Assembly (NCBI GenBank): GCA_013334845.1
Contig: JAAXWV010000001.1
Coordinates: forward strand, 1 to 26,969
Reading direction: 5' to 3'
Length of the DNA stretch: 26,969 nucleotides
Origin: Candidatus Roizmanbacteria bacterium
GTDB taxonomy: Bacteria > Patescibacteriota > Microgenomatia > UBA1406 > GWC2-37-13
The position numbers were made by a program, and so were the translations under genes. Shown here in pieces: positions 1 to 6,008 of the stretch. The notes beneath the pieces are model-generated. The model ran no database searches and was not told the origin of the DNA. It saw only the letters and a list, made by a program, of their open reading frames with translations. The stretch's first letter is position 1; each line of letters begins with the position of its first letter.

Positions 1-5
1 TGGAT

Positions 6-34
6 TTGATGATTCAAGTTATTTTTGATACAAT
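6..34 (+). promoter_or_regulatory. sigma70-type promoter of the tRNA
   Basis: TTGATG(6-11), 17-nt spacer, TACAAT(29-34) preceded by TGa; the tRNA starts 8 nt later. Confidence 0.6.
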
Positions 35-1807
35 AATGTAATGCGCGAGTGGTGGAATGGTAGACACGCTAGCTTTAGGAGCTAGTGCCTCCGGGCGTGA
101 AGGTTCAAGTCCTTTCTCGCGTACCAATGAAACGGTCTCAGTGTGTGACAGCTTAAAAAGCTCATTCACCCCTGGGACTTTTTCTATGTTTGTGATTCCA
201 CGAGCCAATTCTGCATATGACGGTACTTCATCGAAAATCACACCAAAATAACGAGCTTTTAATATCGGATTACAGTGGTCAATGAGTAGATCCTTCATGT
301 GTTCCACAAAGTATTTGAGATATGTCAATATTGTTGGCATATCGACTGTTTTTTGATTCATTTCTTCATCCTTTCTTGTGTCTAAATCGTTGACTTGCTG
401 TTCGAGTTCGATTAATTCCTCCTCCATGTATTTAATAGCTGTTTGTGAGCTAACTAGTTTCATCTTATCGACAATGACTCGCATTTGAGACTCGATTTCA
501 ATGCGCCTGTTCTCTCGTATCACGGCATTGTCTTGAACTTTTACATTTCGTCCTTCCCATACTTTAATGACCGCTTGCGCAACTTCGTCAAAACGCTCGG
601 GGCTTATCATGATACGTTCAACAAACGAATTAATTGTTGCATCGAATTCGTCCTTCGGTACGCGGAAATAATGACCGTGATGAGCGCAATGATACGCAGG
701 ATAATATTTGCCCAATCGACCACGCGAGGCGCTACCTAATAGCGGATTATTGCAATGCGGGCATGTTATTGCTTTGCGATATGGAAATTCTTTGTTATAG
801 ACATTCTTTTTAGCAAATTTCTCTTGTTTTGGCGCACTTCCAACTATCGGATGGTCGTGATCATCTGAATCTAGTGTTATGTGAAGTTTGCCACGATTTG
901 CCTTGTTAAACAAATCAATAGATACCAGTCCGTTAAACTTACACCTAACTGGCTTATCGCCAGTCCATTTTTCGGTATTTACTCCTGCATATATTGTTTT
1001 CGATATATATGCACGCAATAACTTACCAGTCATTCGCTTGCCACCGATGCGTTTAACAATTTTAGTGCGATTTATCTTATCGCGAACAACCTTAATTGGT
1101 GTTCTAAAACCTAAACGATTCATTTCTTCTGATATTTGATCGTCACTATGCAACCCCGATGCTCGCATTTCGTACATTCTGCGTATAATAGTAGCTTCAT
1201 CTGATTTTTCTACTAAAATAACACGTCTACCATTAACCGTTTCAATTTTTTCTGTCTTGTAGCCATAACGAGCGCTGCGAGACCAATAACCAATTTGAGT
1301 GTAACGAATCTCCGAACCAATCATTCGAGTTAGGATGTCTCTCACTTCATCCTTGGCGCGTTCAGCCTCAAGTAGTTCTGTTTTGCGCGTAGGCGTATGA
1401 ACGCTCCATTTATACTTCATGCCAAGATGCTCAAGAGTGTTTACTTTGACATTACTAATTACACCATACATGTCCTCTAGCACTACGCCGTGCGGTTCTA
1501 GTTGGCGTTTTAAAAGGTCATAGGTAGTTGATCCGCCGCGTGTAAAACGATCAATCGATTTAATGAGTACGACATCAATCTCATTTTTAGGATCAATGGC
1601 ATAATCAATAACATGTTGCATTGGCTGATTGTCGCCGGCGGCTGACTCAAGATAAGTTAAAATCTTTGTAATATTAATACCATGAGTTGGCGCATAGCGT
1701 TTACCTTGCTCAATCTGGGCTTCGGGCGAGTCGCCATCAGTCCCTTGCCCGACCGTTGAAACACGGACAGCAAGCACACCGTTACGCAATAATCTGTTTT
1801 GTTCCAT
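14..1807 (-). CDS. Large serine recombinase (integrase), 597 aa, with a C-terminus encoded antisense to the tRNA
   Basis: Catalytic RVST and SIDRFTR motifs, recombinase domain (YGY...IIRRMYEM), zinc ribbon CPHC...YHCAHH, coiled coil; adjacent to the tRNA. Confidence 0.93.
   Translation of the reverse strand: MEQNRLLRNGVLAVRVSTVGQGTDGDSPEAQIEQGKRYAPTHGINITKILTYLESAAGDNQPMQHVIDYAIDPKNEIDVVLIKSIDRFTRGGSTTYDLLKRQLEPHGVVLEDMYGVISNVKVNTLEHLGMKYKWSVHTPTRKTELLEAERAKDEVRDILTRMIGSEIRYTQIGYWSRSARYGYKTEKIETVNGRRVILVEKSDEATIIRRMYEMRASGLHSDDQISEEMNRLGFRTPIKVVRDKINRTKIVKRIGGKRMTGKLLRAYISKTIYAGVNTEKWTGDKPVRCKFNGLVSIDLFNKANRGKLHITLDSDDHDHPIVGSAPKQEKFAKKNVYNKEFPYRKAITCPHCNNPLLGSASRGRLGKYYPAYHCAHHGHYFRVPKDEFDATINSFVERIMISPERFDEVAQAVIKVWEGRNVKVQDNAVIRENRRIEIESQMRVIVDKMKLVSSQTAIKYMEEELIELEQQVNDLDTRKDEEMNQKTVDMPTILTYLKYFVEHMKDLLIDHCNPILKARYFGVIFDEVPSYAELARGITNIEKVPGVNELFKLSHTETVSLVREKGLEPSRPEALAPKASVSTIPPLAHYIIVSKIT
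43..126 (+). tRNA. tRNA-Leu, anticodon TAG, CCA encoded; integration target
   Basis: Acceptor stem GCGCGAG/CTCGCGT, discriminator A123, CCA at 124-126, D-loop GG, anticodon stem CTAGC/GCTAG with loop TTTAGGA, long variable arm, GGTTCAAGTCC T-arm. Confidence 0.97.
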
Positions 1808-1976
1808 GTACGGCCTTTATTTTTTTAAGCAAGACAAAGTCTTCCGCTTCATCTGCGGCGATACGGTCAGCAATTAGATTTGCGATAAACTCAATACGCT
1901 CCTGCGTACTCAATAAAACAGTTTCAGGCACCGCTAGTGCTTGTTTTGCTGTCTTGTTGTCTTGCTGATTCGACAT
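1782..1976 (-). CDS. 64-aa hypothetical protein overlapping the integrase start
   Basis: GGAGG 4 nt before the ATG; overlaps the integrase start by 26 nt; co-oriented. Confidence 0.7.
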   Translation of the reverse strand: MSNQQDNKTAKQALAVPETVLLSTQERIEFIANLIADRIAADEAEDFVLLKKIKAVHGTKQIIA

Positions 1977-1989
1977 ATACCCTCCATTA

Positions 1990-2018
1990 AGAGGTTGTCA
2001 CGTTAGCAATCCGGCTGG
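1990..2018. repeat. Left copy of a 29-bp imperfect inverted repeat (partner at 2432-2459)
   Basis: AGAGGTTGTCACGTTAGCAATCCGGCTGG vs the reverse complement of 2432-2459, AGAGGTTGT-ACGTTAACAATTCGGCTGG: 26/29 identical. Confidence 0.9.
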
Positions 2019-2222
2019 TTATTTATCCCAAGGGCGACCTGGTTTTGGTCGCTCTTTTAGTTCTTTGTCTATAAGCTGCTTTAATTCTTTGTCGCCAGTT
2101 TTAGCAAGTAGTGTTAATACTAGCTCACTTAAGGTAAGATCATGCTTTCTGGCAACTTCCTTAGCACGAGCTCGTATAGGTTCGGTGACTCTAATTTGCA
2201 TTTTTATAATCTCTCTAGGCAT
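2019..2222 (-). CDS. Ribbon-helix-helix (Arc/MetJ/CopG-like) DNA-binding protein, 67 aa
   Basis: Beta-strand MQIRV followed by helices EPIRARAKEVARKH and TLSELVLTLL. Confidence 0.7.
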   Translation of the reverse strand: MPREIIKMQIRVTEPIRARAKEVARKHDLTLSELVLTLLAKTGDKELKQLIDKELKERPKPGRPWDK

Positions 2223-2256
2223 TTGCCATTATTTTACAACAATTGGCAATATCTCG

Positions 2257-2409
2257 CTACTGACCGCAAATCTCACATGGTATTAAGTGATTAATTAACG
2301 CAAGCAAGTCTTCGTCAGAAGTCTCTTCTATGGTATCTGCTAAGTCGTAATATCGGCATTCGCAAACTTCATCAATCGCTTGTTTTTCTAGTGTTTCGCG
2401 CTTTTCCAT
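2257..2409 (-). CDS. 50-aa acidic Cys-rich protein (not in the ORF track): MEKRETLEKQAIDEVCECRYYDLADTIEETSDEDLLALINHLIPCEICGQ
   Basis: Translated by hand; GGAGG 4 nt before the ATG; CxC and CxxC motifs; lies directly downstream of a predicted promoter. Confidence 0.65.
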   Translation of the reverse strand: MEKRETLEKQAIDEVCECRYYDLADTIEETSDEDLLALINHLIPCEICGQ

Positions 2410-2431
2410 ATATCCTCCATAATAACTTTAT

Positions 2432-2459
2432 CCAGCCGAATTGTTAACGTACAACCTCT
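2432..2459. repeat. Right copy of the 29-bp inverted repeat; predicted first 28 nt of the leftward transcript
   Basis: CCAGCCGAATTGTTAACGTACAACCTCT, complementary to 1990-2018. Confidence 0.9.
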
Positions 2460-2465
2460 ATATAA

Positions 2466-2494
2466 ATAGTACCACTAATTAAAACAGTAAGCAA
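2466..2494 (-). promoter_or_regulatory. Leftward promoter for the 50-aa/RHH/64-aa/integrase cluster
   Basis: Minus strand TTGCTT, 17-nt spacer, TACTAT with an extended TG; +1 predicted near 2459. Confidence 0.6.
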
Positions 2495-2615
2495 TACTTT
2501 TTATGGCTATTTTTACATAAAATATATGGAATTCCGGTATTTGCTATATCTACCCTTAATTACTACTGTTAACTATTGCTATTATTCTCTCTTTCTTATA
2601 TATAAATATATAGAA

Positions 2616-3452
2616 ATGAATGATAGATCAAGTATAAACATCAAAGATGGTCGGTCAACTATAAAACAACCTCAAATAGACACATTAGAAGTACTGTATA
2701 AATATCGGTTTGGTAGTAGAAAATTAATTGCTAATTTACTTAAAGTCAACGAAAAAACATTATACAAAAAACTCATAGTATTAGTAAAACATGGTCTTAT
2801 TGGTAGTAAATTAGATAACAAATCTAAAATAAAAGGTTTGCCGGTTGCATATTACCTGGCGCCTAAAGGTCTAAAGTTTCTTCAATCACTCGAAAAACAC
2901 ACACATATCACTGACAAGATTATAAAGAGCAGTTACCGTGATAAATCCGCCTCCGAAACTACTATCGTACATTCTTTCGATGTCTTCTCGCAGATTCTTG
3001 CATTGATACAACCTTATCCGCTTCTCAAGGCCTATCTGCGTCGTGATATGAGCCGGTTTAGCTATTTCCCAAAAACTCTACCAGACGCCTTCTTATCGTT
3101 GTCTGACGGCAATACTACTAAGCGCTTTTTCTTTGATTACATTTCAGATAGCCAAGAGCGTAAAGCATTCTTTCAAAGAGTGTATACCTATATCGATTTT
3201 TTTGACCAAGGCGGCTGGAATATAACAAATACCGAAACACCCGTCCTGTTGTTTGTTGCCGAGAAAGCTAGTACCGAACGTCGAATTAGACGTCTTATAA
3301 AAGGCGTTATTAGTAAAATGGATTTAAGTGAAGAGATCGCTGCTTACACCACGACGAAAAAAGCCATCGAACGCATAGACAGTGACGCGGCAATATGGAC
3401 AAGCATTGACGAGCCGGACGAACTCATCTCATTAGTTGCGTGTGATACTTGA
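2616..3452 (+). CDS. Replication-relaxation (Replic_Relax, PF13814-like) protein, candidate relaxase; start at 2616 preferred over 2526
   Basis: LYKYRF N-terminal motif, YYL..KG, conserved His region, PDAF and RFFFD motifs; the first 30 codons of the longer ORF are AT-rich intergenic-like sequence. Confidence 0.72.
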   Translation: MNDRSSINIKDGRSTIKQPQIDTLEVLYKYRFGSRKLIANLLKVNEKTLYKKLIVLVKHGLIGSKLDNKSKIKGLPVAYYLAPKGLKFLQSLEKHTHITDKIIKSSYRDKSASETTIVHSFDVFSQILALIQPYPLLKAYLRRDMSRFSYFPKTLPDAFLSLSDGNTTKRFFFDYISDSQERKAFFQRVYTYIDFFDQGGWNITNTETPVLLFVAEKASTERRIRRLIKGVISKMDLSEEIAAYTTTKKAIERIDSDAAIWTSIDEPDELISLVACDT

Positions 3453-3476
3453 GCCTTTTTTGGTCTTGCTCAGGAC
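3450..3476 (-). repeat. 27-nt repeat copy 2, pseudoknot-like (GTCCTGAGCAAGACCAAAAAAGGCTCA)
   Basis: 24/27 identical to 3689-3715; overlaps the relaxase TGA stop on the opposite strand. Confidence 0.85.
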
Positions 3477-3484
3477 ATATCGGA

Positions 3485-3661
3485 TTACTCTTCGACAACA
3501 ATATCTTTGGTCAAACCAATGTGCGATACGCTATCGGTCACGCTACCGGTTTTATCAATCCAAACCTGTACGTAGAATGGTTCAACGTACCAACCGTTTG
3601 CTTTGGCTATCTTAGCCCAAAATGCTCGGTTCTTTTCAATCTCTGTTCGTAATACTTTCAT
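3485..3661 (-). CDS. 58-aa hypothetical protein (not in the ORF track): MKVLRTEIEKNRAFWAKIAKANGWYVEPFYVQVWIDKTGSVTDSVSHIGLTKDIVVEE
   Basis: Translated by hand; AAGGAG SD; co-oriented with the DUF3768 gene. Confidence 0.7.
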   Translation of the reverse strand: MKVLRTEIEKNRAFWAKIAKANGWYVEPFYVQVWIDKTGSVTDSVSHIGLTKDIVVEE

Positions 3662-3688
3662 AACTTACTCCTTTACGATTAATTTTGA

Positions 3689-3715
3689 TGAGCCTTTTTA
3701 CGTCTTACTCAGGAC
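3689..3715 (-). repeat. 27-nt repeat copy 1, pseudoknot-like (GTCCTGAGTAAGACGTAAAAAGGCTCA)
   Basis: 24/27 identical to 3450-3476; 239-bp period. Confidence 0.85.
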
Positions 3716-3723
3716 GAAAAAAT

Positions 3724-4032
3724 CTAATACTCCTCGGCCAACATGACCGTAAGTACTCGTTCACATTCCGGATGTAATGGATCGCACCACATCTCGAAAG
3801 ACGGATCGTAGTAATCTATCTTCCAGAAAACCGTCTGGTTTTCCCAAGTTAGCTTTCCAAAATCATGTTCGCCATGAGGATCGTTATCCTCATTAAACCT
3901 GTCATAACTACGAATAGTTCTAATCAAGCCCAAGGTATCTCTAAACTCGAATATGCCTCGAGTCAGGCTCATAGTCTCGACCTTGCGAAACTCATCGTTA
4001 CGCTTTGCTACCTTTTCTGCGACTTCGTTCAT
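3724..4032 (-). CDS. DUF3768-like protein
   Basis: NDEFR, DNDPHGEHDFG, FWKIDYYD and RVLTVMLAEEY motifs; AAAGGAG SD. Confidence 0.8.
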   Translation of the reverse strand: MNEVAEKVAKRNDEFRKVETMSLTRGIFEFRDTLGLIRTIRSYDRFNEDNDPHGEHDFGKLTWENQTVFWKIDYYDPSFEMWCDPLHPECERVLTVMLAEEY

Positions 4033-4088
4033 AAAGAACTCCTTTCGATTCGAGTGGTGCTAATACCGACCACTTCACAGGAAGGACG

Positions 4089-4171
4089 CAAAGCAATATA
4101 GGTTCGTCAAGGTGGAGCGCCCTTGACGTTTACCAAAGGACGAACGACCTTGATGGTTCTAGATTGCTTTG
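4089..4171. other. Nested inverted repeats (candidate oriT or ssDNA element)
   Basis: CAAAGCAAT(4089-4097)/ATTGCTTTG(4163-4171) enclose CGTCAAGG(4105-4112)/CCTTGACG(4121-4128). Confidence 0.45.
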
Positions 4172-4289
4172 TATAATGAGAAGACAGTGGGAGGAAAGAA
4201 AAAATAAACAAGTCAGTAACTGATAAGTACACGGGTTGTCAGTATATATTCCAATCAAGTGCTGATTATAATACGAGTATAATTAATCC

Positions 4290-5741
4290 ATGAGTAGTGG
4301 ACCGAGATCAGGAAAGCGAAGGAAGCCCAGCAAGATTGGGCGTAATGACCCTTGCTTCTGCGGAAGTGGTCTAAAATATAAAAAATGCTGTCTTTTAAAA
4401 GGTATAAACTTACCTAAAGCTTTAGAAATTCCGCAAGAAGTAATTGACAAAGAACGAGGAGCTGCGCGACGTAGAGAAGAGTACCTACAGAGCAAGGGTA
4501 TATATATTAGCCTTCCGAATACCATACATTTCAAAGGTAAGACTATGTTAGCTGTTGGGAATAAGGTGATGGTTGATGATAACCCCCATGCGACTTTCCA
4601 TCAACTTCTATTTAGAAACCTGCAGCAATCCTTGGGCGAACAATGGTGGAACGAACAGAACGATAAAACAGACACAGAAAAGCATTACATTAAGATTTGT
4701 TTTGAAAACCTGAAAGGCTCTGATACAAGAACTGACCTCGACGTAGCGCAGATTGACGAGAATACACGCTCTATGCTTACCACGGGCGACACCCAGTCAT
4801 TATTAAGTCTTGCTTTTGATGTTTGGTTACTGGCGCAAAAAGGATATCTTCGTGACGACTGGTTGAATAGGCTTCGTGACAGGAATCAATATCAAGGTGT
4901 TCGTTATGAAATCGGTGTCGCATCCATGTTTGTTCGTATGGGGTGCGAGCTTGAATTCTACGATAATGATCGCATTGAAGAAGACGGTAATCCGCCTAAG
5001 AGGGCTGAATTTATTGCCGTACATACCGAGACGGGAAATCGTGTTGCGGTTGAGGCAAAAAGTAGGCATGTGCACGGAGTTATACATACTCCTGGCACGC
5101 CCAACTATCGTGATGCACTAAAGGGCGATATTACTGAACTCTATAAAAAAGCATTAAAAAAGGTGACCGATGGCTTGCCGCTGGTAATATTTGTGGATGT
5201 CAATTCGCCTACCGAAGCAATGCAAGCCGCCCAAGATACGAAATGGTATCAAGACGTGCGACGCTCTTTTGATAGTAGACCGACACCAACGGAAGAGAAT
5301 CCTGATAAATATGCGGCTCTATTCGTTACGAATTTCTCGCCTCATTATCAGGGTAATGGAATCTCTGCGGGCGGACAATATCTCTTCATGGGTAGCCTGC
5401 ATTCGGAAAATTCGTTTACCGATGGTCATTATGGTGGATTTATGAAGAAACTAATTCGGTCTGTTAGTAACTACGGCTATACCCCTCCAAGTATGGATAA
5501 TGACAAGTTGGGCGTGTATGAGCAGGCATCTGGCCTAAATAAGGCAAGCTTTGAAAGAAAGATACGCGAGCTCACTATGCCGACTAGTGATGATCCAGAA
5601 TTTGACCGTCGAAAAATGGAATCGGATAATCTTGTTGAGATGCTAATTTGGGATACGACACAAAAAAGTGGCGGGGGTTGGGATAATAAGGTGGCGGCCG
5701 ATAACTACATACAGTTTGAGTGGTTATTCAAGCAGGCATAA
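4290..5741 (+). CDS. SEC-C motif protein with a putative PD-(D/E)xK nuclease-like domain
   Basis: KIGRNDPCFCGSGLKYKKCC at the N-terminus; AEFIA...AVEAKSR resembles a restriction-fold catalytic motif. Confidence 0.7.
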   Translation: MSSGPRSGKRRKPSKIGRNDPCFCGSGLKYKKCCLLKGINLPKALEIPQEVIDKERGAARRREEYLQSKGIYISLPNTIHFKGKTMLAVGNKVMVDDNPHATFHQLLFRNLQQSLGEQWWNEQNDKTDTEKHYIKICFENLKGSDTRTDLDVAQIDENTRSMLTTGDTQSLLSLAFDVWLLAQKGYLRDDWLNRLRDRNQYQGVRYEIGVASMFVRMGCELEFYDNDRIEEDGNPPKRAEFIAVHTETGNRVAVEAKSRHVHGVIHTPGTPNYRDALKGDITELYKKALKKVTDGLPLVIFVDVNSPTEAMQAAQDTKWYQDVRRSFDSRPTPTEENPDKYAALFVTNFSPHYQGNGISAGGQYLFMGSLHSENSFTDGHYGGFMKKLIRSVSNYGYTPPSMDNDKLGVYEQASGLNKASFERKIRELTMPTSDDPEFDRRKMESDNLVEMLIWDTTQKSGGGWDNKVAADNYIQFEWLFKQA

Positions 5742-5774
5742 TACTTCAAAATAAACCAGAGGGCATAAGAATGG

Positions 5775-5945
5775 CTAGTTTTTAGCTTCGTGTTGTACTT
5801 GTTGTTTGTGTCGCTCTTTGGCTATCATAAAGCGTATGATTGCTATTCCCGACTCTTGCGCTTCTTCGACGGTATAATCATTACCCGTCTGCTCTTTGAG
5901 GAGTTTTTGTAATTCTTTGATACGTTTCGGGTTTATTTTTGTCAT
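5775..5945 (-). CDS. 56-aa helical hypothetical protein (not in the ORF track): MTKINPKRIKELQKLLKEQTGNDYTVEEAQESGIAIIRFMIAKERHKQQVQHEAKN
   Basis: Translated by hand; fills the intergenic gap; TATAGT 6 nt before the ATG. Confidence 0.6.
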   Translation of the reverse strand: MTKINPKRIKELQKLLKEQTGNDYTVEEAQESGIAIIRFMIAKERHKQQVQHEAKN

Positions 5946-6008
5946 TCTTCAACTATATAGCAGCCAAGTATTGCTTTAATGTAGCTATGATTATCCTTGA
6001 ATTGTTGT

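Noticed and set aside
14-126. Integrase/tRNA overlap as a frameshift, pseudogene or assembly error
   Set aside because: Both the tRNA and all integrase domains are intact, and the far end of the element offers an in-frame alternative tail.
2526-2615. Longer start for the relaxase
   Set aside because: The first 30 codons are low-complexity AT-rich sequence with no SD; family-like sequence begins after Met31.
3450-3715. CRISPR-like array
   Set aside because: Only two copies, the 212-nt 'spacer' is a gene, and there are no cas genes.
3685-3720. Plus-strand TTGATGAG…GGACGAAA resembling a hammerhead ribozyme core
   Set aside because: The core starts UUGAUGA rather than CUGAUGA, stem II is poor, no stems I/III or cleavage triplet are visible, and repeat copy 2 lacks the motif.
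3465-3726. Stop-codon readthrough fusing DUF3768 to the 58-aa ORF or extending the latter
   Set aside because: An in-frame TGA occurs 4 codons after each stop.
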